From the NCBI RefSeq assembly GCF_009914755.1, contig NC_060927.1: a stretch of DNA of 64,000 bases, one strand, 5' to 3'. The notes beneath the pieces were generated by a model. It was not told where the DNA came from, made no database searches, and saw only the letters and a list, made by a program, of their open reading frames with translations. Shown here piece by piece: positions 1-11,638 of this stretch. Position numbers and translations under genes: made by a program. The stretch comes from the human T2T-CHM13v2.0 reference genome, Homo sapiens. The number at the start of each line of letters is the position of its first letter. Position 1 is the stretch's first letter.

Positions 1-870
1 CAAGACCCTTATCTTCTTAGCATTTACATTTTAGTGGTTTAGGAGAAATATAGTAGTAAATATAAATAAATATAATAAACACACTATCAAATCTGATAAC
101 TAAGAAACAAATATTTTAATGTGAACAGGAAATACTCTTAAGCAACTAGGGAAATGAGACTGCAAAAGGAAATCTACCAATATAGTGTGTGCTATTGTGT
201 AGTTTACCACTGTGGAAAGCTAGAGCTTAATCCCTCTAGAGAACTCTAGGTGTCAGTGAAGAACATTATGTTTCAAGAGCAATACCACATTGGGATCACG
301 GGAGCTGGAATACTTTTAATATCAAATTTTATCAATCAACTTTTATCAATCATTGGTCAAGGGATGCTGAGTAGCTATGAGTTTATTTGGTAATTATGAT
401 CTGCTCTGTCCATGAGCAGAGAAGTTCAGAAAAGAGAAAGGGGATACAGAGAAATAAAGGGTTCTATAGGGGGAAACATGTCAGGAAAGGACTGTAAGAG
501 GAAGTGATATTTGAGCTGTTAACTAAATAAAGTAAGGAGGTGACTCAGTTAAATATCTTGGGATGACCTAGGTGTGGAAAACATAAATTCTAAGATCTTG
601 ATGTGAAATCATGCTTGATACGTTTGTGACACAGTAAGAATGACAGTGTGGGAGAATACGACTATTGATAAAGATAATAAGGCCATGATGAGGGCTATAA
701 GATTTATCTTAACTAATAAAAAGATGTTGAAAGGATTTTAAATAGGAGAATGATATAATCTAACATACCTTTTTAAATGATAGCTTTGTTTAATCATTAT
801 TAAAGGTAGACCATCAGGGAATTAGAATAAACACATCAAGACCAATTAGGAGATTCTTGTTCATATTAGG
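1..870 (-). mobile_element. Degraded L2 LINE fragments, interrupted by an LTR fragment
   Basis: Resembles antisense L2 3' region (cttagcatttacattttagtgg; gaggaagtgatatttgagctg; gaatgatataatctaac); highly diverged. Confidence 0.55.
185..425 (-). mobile_element. ERVL LTR fragment (LTR33-like)
   Basis: ttaccactgtggaaagctagagcttaatccctctagagaactctagg...tcattggtcaagggatgctg resembles the recalled LTR33 antisense consensus. Confidence 0.5.
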
Positions 871-872
871 AA

Positions 873-1312
<440 letters not shown>

Positions 1313-1340
1313 AGAAATCAAAAATGAAAAAAAAAAAAAA

Positions 1341-2040
1341 CCTTCATTGAGATATGATTCACATACCATAAAATTCACCTGCTTAAAGTATACAGATTAT
1401 TTCCTCACTCAGGTATTAAGCCTAGTTCCAATTTGTTAGTTTTCCTTTACAATAAACCCCCATGACACAAGTTTGCCTATGTAACAAACTTGCACTTGCA
1501 CCCCTGAACTTAAAAGTTTTTTTTTTTAAGGTATACAGTCAATGGTTTCTTAATATTCGGAGTTGTGCAATCATTACACTTAATTTTAGAATATTTTCAT
1601 CACCTCCAAAATAAATGTGTATTCTTTTCCAGTCGTTCCTCATCTCTCTATGAACCTCAGGAAACCACTTATCTACTTTTTGTCTTTACAAATTTGCCTA
1701 TTCTGGATATCTGGATATTTTGTATAAGTTGAGTTATACAATAGGTGGTTTTTGTGACTAGCTTCTATCACTTAAAATGTTTTAAGGTTATATTTCATTG
1801 TGTGGATATACTACATTTTATTTATCCTTTCATCATTTGATAGACATTTCCATGTTTCCACTTTTTATCTATCACAAATAATGCTGCTATAAACATTTGT
1901 GCATATGTTTTTGTTTTTACACATGTCTTCATTCATTTTGGATAGAAAGCTGGGATAGAAAGCAATCAGAAAGCTGGATTGCTGATCATATAATAATTCT
2001 ATGTTTAACATTTGAGGAAATGCCAGGCTTCCATTTTCCA
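1341..2040 (-). mobile_element. Old L1M (L1MB/MC-like) 3' end
   Basis: Antisense L1M 3'UTR: ttgagatatgattcacataccataaaattcacc...gagttgtgcaatcatta...ataatgctgctataaacatt...ctatgtttaacatttgaggaa. Confidence 0.85.
1396..1525 (+). mobile_element. Tiny 5'-inverted L1PA 3'-end insertion inside the L1M
   Basis: Antisense L1PA segment 1396-1446 followed by sense segment to cccctgaacttaaaag; TSD ttaaagtatacag (1383-1395) / ttaaggtatacag (1526-1538). Confidence 0.85.
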
Positions 2041-2042
2041 AT

Positions 2043-2210
2043 CAAAACTCAGATATTTGTAAAATACAAATAATACACAAGCACAAATTCTATTAACTCT
2101 AAAAAGTGATGCTGTTATGTTTTCCATATAAATGCTGGAGAACTCCACTATACAGCTAAGAAACAGTATGATTAAGGCAAATAACATATTAGTACAATCA
2201 GGAAAGTAAC
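2043..2210. mobile_element. hAT-Charlie fragment (continuation of 873-982)
   Basis: ctggagaactccactatacag...aaggcaaataacatattagta resembles Charlie1-family terminal region. Confidence 0.5.
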
Positions 2211-2239
2211 ATGTAAAGAGTATGATAATTTTCTTATAT

Positions 2240-3080
2240 GTGAAATCCTGGTGATGGGGTAGGATTGGAGTCAGTTTTGAGGTGGAAATATTATGTTTGT
2301 GATAGCTGATTTCAAAACTAGGAGAAATGATGAGAGGTGTGTAGGATTTCTAAAGTGGTGAGAAGGCCAGATGAATTTTAGAATAGGGTAGGTGCTTGAT
2401 ATGTAAGTTTGAGATCTATTAGCATATATATGGCATTCAAGTCATGAGTAAAAATAATATTACCTAGGGAGTGAGTGTAGATAAATCAAAAGAGATACAA
2501 GGACTGAGTCTTATAACATTCCAAAAGTTTAGGAAACCATGAGACCTCAACTTGAGAGAGTTAAAAGCAGTAACCAACGAGCCTGGAGGGAAACTAGGTG
2601 AGAGTGCAGTCTTAGAAGCCAATTGAACAAAAAGCTTTGAAGAAAGAGTTACTGACTGTGTTAAATGTTATTGAAAGGCTGAGTGAGAGAATTGATTGTG
2701 AGCTTTCTTTGCCACAGAGAGATCATGTGTGACTGCGGGTGGTTTCAAAAGAGTGGTGATAAAAATCTGATTGATGTGGTTTCAAGAACAAATAGAACCA
2801 TAGGGATCTGAGAGAACTTCCTTACTCTTTGCTGCAAAGAAAGGCAGAAAAATGGAGTATAACCTAGGAGTTCAGAGGTCCAGGTCATTTTTGTTTGTTT
2901 GTTGTTTAATTAAATAGCTTACTCCATGGGTTGATAATGAAGAAAATGATATAATATAGAAGCAATCATTGATAATGAATTAAGACAATAAATAATTACT
3001 GGAGCAAGCTCTTGAAAAATAAAAGAGGATGAAATCTAGGGCACAAGTGGAAAAGTTGGCATTAGATTAGAACATGGCCA
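2240..3080 (-). mobile_element. L2 LINE fragment, resumes at ~6435-6680 after the L1/LTR insertion
   Basis: Antisense L2 motifs (acctagggagtgagtgtagata; gatgaaatctagggcacaagtgg; tctgattgcttctattttct at ~6505). Confidence 0.7.
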
Positions 3081-3081
3081 C

Positions 3082-3662
3082 TGATACAGCAAACTGTATG
3101 TTTCTAGCTTCTATCACTTAAAATGTTTTAAGGTTATATTTCATTGTGTGGATATACTACATTTTATTTATCCTTTCATTATTTGATAGACATTTGCATT
3201 GTTACCACTTTTTATCTATCACAAATAATGCTACGAAATATCACAAATAATGGTGGGGATCTATGTCCCCACCAAATCTCATGTCAAATTGTAATCCCTA
3301 ATCAGGAAGGTAAGGCCTGGTAGGAGGTGATTGCATCATAGGGGCATATTTCTCATGAATGGTTTACCACCATCTCCTTGGTACTGTCCTTGCAATGGTT
3401 AGTGAGTTCTCATGAAATCTGGCAATTTAAAAGTGTATGTCACCATTCTCGGCTCCTCCCCCTCTCATTATTGCTCCCACCATGTGAGATACCTCGCTCC
3501 CTCTTTCTCTTCCACCATGATTATGAAGTTTCCTGAGGCCTCCCGAGAAGCCAAGCAGATGCCAGCATCATGCTTCCTGAATAGCTTATGGATCTTTGAG
3601 CCAATTAAACTTCTTTTCATTATAAATTACCCATCTCAGGTATTTATAGCAATGTGAGAACA
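3082..3662 (+). mobile_element. MSTA-like MaLR solo LTR, interrupted near its 5' end by a ~165-bp templated insertion (3090-~3254)
   Basis: tgatacag...gatctatgtccccaccaaatctcatgtcaaattgtaatcc...attaaacttcttttcattataaattaccc...atagcaatgtgagaaca; probable 5-bp TSD gccac (3077-3081) / gacac (3663-3667). Confidence 0.88.
3104..3232 (+). repeat. 129-bp dispersed direct duplicate of 1758-1885
   Basis: Direct comparison: first ~76 nt identical, about 4 differences overall. Confidence 0.95.
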
Positions 3663-3664
3663 GA

Positions 3665-6432
3665 CACTGACCACACAGAAACATGAATAACCATCAGAAT
3701 ATGTTATGAACACCTCTATGCACACAAACTAGAAAATCTAGAGGAAATGGATAAATTCCTAGACACATACACCCTCCCAAGACTGCACCAGGAAGAAATT
3801 GAATTCCTTAACAGACCAATAATGGGTTCTGGAATTGAATCAGTAACAAATCAAATTTTTTAAAAAGCTCAGGACCAGATGGATTCACAACCGAATTCTA
3901 GAAGAAGTACAAAAAAGAGCTAGTACCATTTCTACTGAAACTATTCCAAAAAATTGAGGAGGAGAAACTCCTCCTTAACTCATTCTATGAGGACAGCATC
4001 ATCCTGATATCAAAACTTGGCAGAGACCCAACAAAAAAATAAAACTTCAGGCCAATATCTTTTATGAACATAGATGCAAAAATCCTCAATAAAATATTTG
4101 CAAACAGAATCCAGGAGCACAACAAAAAGCTTATCCACTCCTGGGATGCAAGGTTGGTTCAACATATTAAAATCAATAAATGTGATTCATTACATAAACA
4201 GTAATAAAGAAATAACCACATGATATTCTCAATAGATGCAGAAAAGGCTCTGTCTAAAATGCAACACCCTTTCATGATAAGGAATCTCAGTAAACTAGGT
4301 ATTGAAGGAACATACCTCAAAATAATAAGAGCCATCTATGACAAACACACAGCCAACATCATGCTGACTGGGCCAAAGCTGGAAGCATTCTCCTTGAAAA
4401 CCAGTATAAGACAAGGATGCCCTCTCTCATCACTCCTATTCAACATAGTATTGGAAGTCCCGGACACAGCAGTTAGGCAAGAGAAAGTAATAAAGGGCAT
4501 CCAAATAGGAAGAGAGGAAGTCAAACTATTCTTGTTTGCAGAAGACATGATCCTATACCTAGAAAAACCCACAGCCTCAGCCCAAAGGCTCCTTAAGTTG
4601 ATAAATCCCTTCAGCAAGATCTCAGGATAAGAAATCAATGTATGAAAATCACTAGCATTCCTATATACCAACAAGATAAAAGGCAAGAGCCAAATCAGAA
4701 ATGCAGTCCCATTCACAACTGCCATAAAAAGAATAAAATACCTAGGAAAACAGCTAATCAGGGAGGGAAAAGCTCTTTACAATGAGAATGACAAAACACC
4801 GCTCAAAGAAATCAGAGATGACACAAACAAACAGAAAAACACTCCATGCTCATGGATAGGTAGAATCAAGATTGTTAAAATGACCATACTGCCCAAAACG
4901 ATTTATAGATTCAATGATATTCCTATCAAACTACCATGACATTCTTCACAGAACTAGAAGAAAACTATTTTAAAATTCATATGGAACTAAAAAAGAGCCC
5001 AAATAGCTAAGGCAATACTAACCTAAAAGAACAAGACTGGAGGCATCATGTTACCCAACTTCAAAGAATACTACAGGGCTACAGTAACCAAAACAGCATG
5101 GTAATGATATGAAAACAGACACCTAAACCAATGGAACAGAATATACAGCCCAGAAATAAGTCTGCACACCTACAACTATCAAATCTTCAACAATCCTGAC
5201 AAAAATAAGCAATGAGGCAAGGATTTTCTATTCAATAAATGGGGCTGAGATAACTGGCTAGCCATATGCAGAGGATTAAAACTAAACTTCTTCCTTACAG
5301 CATATGCAAAAATCAACTCAAGATAGATTGAAGACTGAAATGTAAAATCCCAAACTATAAAAACTCTGAAAGAAAACCTAGGCAATACAATTCTAGACAG
5401 GAATGGACAAAGATTTTATGATGCAGATTTCAAAAACAATTGCAGCAAAAGCAAAAATTATCAAACGAGATCTAATTAAACTAAAGAGTTTTGCACAGCA
5501 AAATAAACTATCAACAGTGCAGAATGGGAGAAAATTTTTTCAACTATGCATCTGAAAAAGGTGTAATATCCAGCATCTATAAGGAACATAAATTTAAAAC
5601 AAAAAGACCCCATTAAAACATAGGCAAAGGACATGAATAGACACTTTTCAAAGGAAGACATCTACTTCCAACAAGCATATAAAAAAGGCTCAACATCACT
5701 GATCACTGGAGAAATGCAAATCAAAACCACAGTGAGATACCATCTCACACCAGTCAGAATGGTTACTATTAAAAAGTCAAAAAATAATAGATGCTGGCAA
5801 CGTTGTGGAGAGAAAGGAATGCTTATACATTGTTGGCGATAGTGTAAATTAGTTCAACAATTATGGAAGACAGTGTGGCAATTCCTCAAAGACCTAAAAA
5901 CAGAAATACCATTTGACTCAGCAATCCCATTACTGTGTATACCCAAAGCAATGTATCATTCTATCATAAAGACACATGCACGTGTATGTTCACTGCAGCA
6001 TTATTCACAATAGTGAATGGAATCAATCCAAATGCCCATCAACGGTAGACTGGATAAAGAATATCTGATACAAATACACCATGCAACACTATGCAGCCAT
6101 AAAAAAGGATGAGATTATGTCCTTTGCATGAACTTGGACAGCCATTGTCCCTAGCAAACTAATGTAGAAACAGAAAACCAAATACTGCATGTTCTCAGTT
6201 ATAAGTGGGAGCTAAACGATGAGAGCATATCGACACATAGAAGGGAAAAATAGACACTAGGACCTACCTGAGGGTGGATGATGGGAAGATCTAGAAGAGC
6301 AGAAAAAATAACTAACAAGTACCAGGCTTACCACCTGGGTGATGAAATCATCTGTAAAACGAACCCTCATGACATGATTTTACCTATATAACAAATCTGC
6401 ATGTGTACCCCTGAGCTTAAAAAAAAAATTTT
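3665..6432 (+). mobile_element. 5'-truncated L1PA (about L1PA13-16) with decayed ORF2 RT/C-terminal region and 3'UTR
   Basis: ORF 4220-4630 has [34 protein letters not shown] (RT FADD motif mutated); 3' end tgtacccctgagcttaaaaaa; TSD agattagaacatggcca (3064-3080) / agatagaacatggaca (6435-6450). Confidence 0.95.
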
Positions 6433-6999
6433 AAAGATAGAACATGGACAGGTAAGTGGAAGGACATTAGTAGATCTCGTGGAAGAAGCAAAATTAATTT
6501 TACTTCTGATTGCTTCTATTTTCTTAATAGTATAAGAAGCAGTTATGAGTGAGAGGGGAAACAATGTGTTAAAAGTCTGAGGCTTGAAGAGAGATAAAAT
6601 ACTTAAGAAATGAAGGATAAACATACTCAGAAAACACGGTGGATTGGCAGTCAGTCAAGGTAAATAGGTATGCCCAATACCTGGTACATTGCAAGGACAA
6701 AATATTTGTAAGTAGTTTTATATTACCTAAGCCCACGTTTTTTTGTGGCCACTTCTGATATATACATCCCACTCATATTACACATCTATGCACCTGCATA
6801 ATTTGTTGCTTTGATTTAAGGTATCTTCAAAGTTGAAGGGCCTTTTCTCCTTTTTATTCATCTTCTGAACCCTTACACTTTCTTTAAAATGTAATTCAAA
6901 ATCCTTCCACCAGGAAACATTCTCTGTTCCCTGTTAGCAACAATTAATTTTCATTTTCTTTTCATTTATTCTTGCAGGCAAAGTGAAATTCACTGACAT

Positions 7000-7535
7000 A
7001 AATTTTTTTATACCATTACTTTGCTTAAAATTTTCCAAAACCTCCTTATTACATAAAAATATTCCACATTTTTATATCTATCTAGAAAGTCCCTATTTTG
7101 TCCTCTTCCATTGCACCTTTCTCCACCTTCCTCAACAGGTAGAACTTGTTCCTGCCTCAGGTCCTGTCATCTCAACAGGTACAACTTGTTCCTGCCTCAG
7201 GAACTTTGTACTTGATGTTCCCTCTTTGCGGATCATGCAGGTCATTGCATATGTAACACCTTCTTATTATTCAGGTCTCAGTTCAAATATTCCTTTTTAC
7301 TCTTCTTTCAGAGCTACTCTGAATGACTATGCTATCAAAAGTTGCCTAGTATGTCATTTGCTGTGAAGATAGCCTGTCTTATTTTCTTACAATTATTTAT
7401 TTATGGTCTGTCTATGCCATGAGTATGTAAGCCTCATAAAGATAGGTACTACTTCTGTCTGGTTCACAGCTATACACTAAAGTCATAGAATAATGCCTGA
7501 GACAAAATACGTTGTTAATACATATTTGTTTAAGA
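7000..7535 (+). mobile_element. L2 3' end
   Basis: cctgcctcaggaactttgtacttgatgttccctct...tgtaagcctcataaagatagg...aataatgcctgagaca...aatacatatttgtt. Confidence 0.7.
7131..7201 (+). repeat. 31-bp direct duplication with 9-nt spacer
   Basis: ctcaacaggtagaacttgttcctgcctcagg / ctcaacaggtacaacttgttcctgcctcagg. Confidence 0.9.
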
Positions 7536-8399
7536 AACAAATATTGCATGACCCTCCAATGTATTTAATTTGCTGCATATATCTATGTAGTAGCAGCAAG
7601 TTTTTGCTAGTAGTAATATGTATTACTAAAGATAATAAATCTTTACTTTTTTACAATAGTTGAACAGCCACCAGCACAGCCACCAGCTGACCAGCAGTGA
7701 CCTCTGGACTGAAGTTGTTTTGAAGATAACAATGGAATATGAATTGCAAGAGAGAAACTCCATTGTAACCTTTTCTAAAGACAACTCCGTTTTCAATTTG
7801 GTCTCAACATGATGCTACAAGAGTGGTCATGTTGGGAAAAAGCCCCGACTATCTCAGCAACTCAAATTCCTTGACATAAACCGTCTGGTGGAAGGACAAC
7901 CTCCAGTGATGCTTGGTTTCCAAACAAACTTTCCATTGTTCTGAATAAGGAAACTTGAAGCATCTACTAGCATTTTCCATCTATTATCTCCTAGAATCAG
8001 TGCCCACAGCTTTCCCTTAGGTATTCCTAGGACTAGATTTAGAAACTTCTCCTGGTTTGGCTATCTCTCCTGTGTACTGTCAGTGCAATAATTTTAATGG
8101 GTATAAACACACCTGGAGGCCAACAGAGCCTCTCCCAATTCCCTGTTCCTCTTTGGCTGTCTGCCCAAGGAGCTGACAATGATGACCTCAAACATAGTGT
8201 GACACTTGACTTCACCTTTTTTTTTCTTTTTAATTATCTGAAGAAATGTCTGTTTATCTCTAAACACATTGTGTTTTCATAGCCTCATCATTTGGAACAC
8301 CTGGTTAACTGTTACAAAATCCATAATGTAAGTTACAAGTGGGTATTTGGCTATGAGCTAAGTCTGTTTTCTTTCCTTTCTTTCATTCTTTTTTTCCTT

Positions 8400-8630
8400 T
8401 CTTTCTCACATATTTGTTTAGGACTTATTGTGTGCTAAGGATAGCCATCAGTATTTGTGACAGAGAAATGGTTACATAAGATCCTGCCTTTGAACTTATG
8501 GTTAAGAAAGAGGAGAAATGTGAAAAGACAATATTGAACAATATTATATTTGCTGTAACAGCAATATCAATACGGGCTTGTGGGAAGACAAGCTCTCCCT
8601 GGTAAAAACCTTCAGAGGGAAGTTTGCATT
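8400..8630 (-). mobile_element. L2 3'-end fragment
   Basis: catatttgtttaggacttattgtgtgctaagg...ataagatcctgcctttgaacttatgg. Confidence 0.55.
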
Positions 8631-9685
8631 TGAGTTGGCCGTGAGCATGGCCTGGCTTTGACTTGCTTCCCCAGTTGATTAGCAGAGTTCAGGAGCTGCC
8701 CCGAAGGATCCTCAAACTTAAAGTCCATCTCCAGGAAACATATTACTTTCCTAGAACCTAATACCAAAGTTTGACATCTCTTTGTAGAGAAATTAATAGT
8801 AATTTTCTTTCCAGCAATATGACTTGTCTTTATGCAAATGATCAAAATCTTGAAGGGATGCCTTATCCAATTTAAAGACAAAAGTCAGTATGTCTTGAGA
8901 GTGTCCTGTAAATGACATTTGAAAAAAAGTAAAACCCATATTACTATGTTTCTTATATGTCATGCTAAGCAATTTGAAATTTCTGCTTTAAAAAGTATTT
9001 AAGTCCAACAGAAGTTTTTAGTCAGGTTTTCAGTTCTTCCTTTACTAATGAATGGCAAATATCAAAACTTGTTTTGTCAAGAATTGGTAATTTCAGCAGA
9101 TGCCTGGCACAAAATAGGAGCTTAATATACATATTTTTGAATTAATAAGCAATCACATAATATTTATGTACCAACTCTGGTTAGCCAGATATGTGCTGTG
9201 TGTTTCATCTTTTGTTTCATATAAATTTGATTTCTGCACTGCCCTAAATCAAGATTCCTAAAATCATTTTTTTAATATCTCACAACACAAGTAATATGAA
9301 TCTTATCCTTCAAGCTTAGTAAATGTTATTTTATACTGCTACTACTAATAAATATCTAAAATATATATTGTGCTTTATTATTTTCAAAATATTTTAATCC
9401 TCTTTATCTCATCTTATCCCTACATTGATTTTATGGAATTCCTATTACTATTTTACTAGAGAGAACTCTGAGTTAAAATATGTGTTAAAGCAAGTCATAC
9501 AGCTAGTCATTGGCTGAGACAGGACTAGGATCAAAGTCTTATAGGAATTCATCGATTAACTTTTCTTTATTCAGAATTATCTTTTTAAGAGACCATTTGA
9601 GTGTGATATTTAAAAAGTGGTTTTTGTTTTTTTGTTTGATTTTTAAGAAAAGATTACTTAGTCTTTAGAGAAGGCTAGTCTAAGT

Positions 9686-9865
9686 CAGTGTATCACAAAG
9701 TGGTAGTGAGATAGCAGGGGATAGAGAGGTTTAAGAAAATTATCAGAATCACTTGGCCCCCATTCAAGCCCCACCCAAAGAAAAATCTCTAGATGGGTCC
9801 TGATATCTTTATTTTTATATCTCCTGGGTAATTCTGATGATCACACATGTTTTATATTCCCTGGC
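9686..9865. mobile_element. MER5-family hAT-Charlie MITE
   Basis: cagtgtatcacaaagtg...atcagaatcacttgg...ctcctgggtaattctgatg. Confidence 0.5.
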
Positions 9866-9935
9866 TTGTTGATGTCTTTGATTGTTTACTTCACTAAAAT
9901 TCTTTGAGTTTCTATTTTTTTAAGTTGTGGCTAAT

Positions 9936-9995
9936 TTTTTCTTAACTGACACCAGAACCCTATCATTTTTCTTAACTGATATTAGAAGCCTATCA
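9936..9995 (+). repeat. 30-bp tandem duplication
   Basis: tttttcttaactgacaccagaaccctatca / tttttcttaactgatattagaagcctatca. Confidence 0.85.
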
Positions 9996-10325
9996 TAAAT
10001 TCTCTCTTTGCCCCATTTTTAGTCCCACAATCTGTGAGACAAATGAAAAGTCATGCGACCTTTTCTGGGCAAAAAGAAGGTACTGTCAAATTCTGCAGAT
10101 GTGTACTCCTAAAGAAGCCAGACGCTAGGAAGTATAAAATGGAAACTAATTGTGGTTTATTAGTATAAGACATTTTATGGGAGTCAATTATGCCAGCAAT
10201 CTGACCTGGTTTCACATGAACAAAGGGACCTTATTATACCATGAACTGGTATAAGGTAGTGCTAAAATGTGTGCTTTGGTTGTCCAGAAAATAGGGAAAA
10301 TTGAGTTATTTGTGCCAACCGAACT

Positions 10326-10532
10326 TGAGTCAACTCTCTCCTGCTGACTTGGCCCATATCAGACTGTCATCCTGCTGAATACCCTCTATCTTCTTATAGG
10401 AGAGCTGGAATTTATAGCACAGAGAGACCGCAGCTGGATCAGCAGATTGATCAAATATTTCACAGGTGGTCAGTATGTCTGGCAAAACTTGGGAGTTACC
10501 TTGAAGCCAAACAAAAAGCTGGCTCTGAGTCA
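10326..10532. promoter_or_regulatory. Candidate enhancer: two consensus AP-1 sites plus E-boxes in non-repeat DNA
   Basis: TGAGTCA at 10326-10332 and 10526-10532, TGCTGAC (Maf half-site) at ~10342, CAGCTG at ~10430; motif evidence only. Confidence 0.35.
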
Positions 10533-10949
10533 GGTGCATTTTCTGTGGCTCCAATACCTGAATATTTATTCCTGCCTGCAAGAGACTAACAACTAAACCA
10601 ATCTATATTCCAAATCAAACATCTGTGCTAGTAGGAGATAAATTTAAACTTGATTTCTACTCTAAAACTACCTACCCCCCCATCTAGTAAACCATCAGAT
10701 AAGAACATATCATTAAGAATAAAGTATTGATTTTCTGCATTAGCTGAATGTGTCAGATATTCAGATGTTACATTTTTTCCTAAATAATCTTTTCCATCAA
10801 GTGTGAGCAGATGTATCGTGAAGTAATAAGATGGGACTTGGGATGAGGCAGTAGTTCTCGTAGCATTTCTCATAGTAGTTCATAGAGGTAGAATTAGTAT
10901 CACCTGGGATTTGATTAGGAAAGCAAATTAAATTTTCAGTCTTACCACA

Positions 10950-11428
10950 ATGCTGGAACATTCACATGCTCCAGAATCATCTAGCGAGCTTGAAAAATGG
11001 AGAGTACAGGCCCTATCTTTAGAGTTTCTGATTTTGTAGGTCTAGGGTGAGACATGAGAATTTGCACTTTTTAAAATTTTTTTTTCGAGTACAGCTCATG
11101 CTAGAGTGCAGTGGCTTGACCCAAGACCCAGTGTAGCCTGAGGAGCCTCAGCCTCCAGTGCTCAAGTGATCCTCCCACTTCAGCCTCCTGATAGCTGGGA
11201 CTACAGGCACACCACCTCACCCAGCTTTTTTGTATTTTTTATAGAGACAGAGTTTCACCATTTTGCCCAAACTGCTCTCAAACTCCTGGGCTCAAGTGAT
11301 CCTCCCACCTTGGCTTCCCAAAATGCTGGCATTACAGGCATGAGTCTCTGTGCCAGGTTGGAATTTGCATTTCTGAGTAATATCCAAGTGATGTTGAAGC
11401 TGCAAGGACCACATTTTGAGAGCTGGTG
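10950..11428. mobile_element. MER5A MITE split by an Alu
   Basis: cagaatcatct...agagtttctgattttgtaggtctagggtgagacatgagaatttgca|...|gaatttgcatttctg...gaccacattttgaga. Confidence 0.8.
11070..11359 (-). mobile_element. AluJ-type SINE
   Basis: Antisense Alu with J diagnostic aactcctgggctcaagtgatcctcccacc; TSD gaatttgca(c/t)ttt at 11058 and 11361. Confidence 0.92.
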
Positions 11429-11436
11429 TTTTTGAG

Positions 11437-11638
11437 AGGTGGATTTAAACCTTGGTGAAATATGAGATTTATGAGTGGAACTTTTATAATTCCTCATGCC
11501 AGCTTTCACTTCAGACTAATTAAATCAAATTATCAGGATGGGGGTACTTTTGGATCAGTACCCCCCTTTGATCAAGATCAGTAATTTTTAAATCTCCACA
11601 GATGATTGTGCTAGACAGTCATGTTTGAGATTGACTGC
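11437..11638. mobile_element. MER5A1-like MITE
   Basis: aaaccttggtg...cagactaattaaatca...cagtaatttttaaatctccacagatgatt...tttgagattgactg. Confidence 0.55.

Noticed and set aside
4220-4630. Reverse-transcriptase-like ORF as a novel retroelement or retron-type system
   Set aside because: It is an L1 ORF2 fragment with a mutated catalytic motif and neighbouring stops.
6983-7366. 127-aa ORF
   Set aside because: Non-ATG start, overlaps L2 and a local duplication, no recognisable domain.
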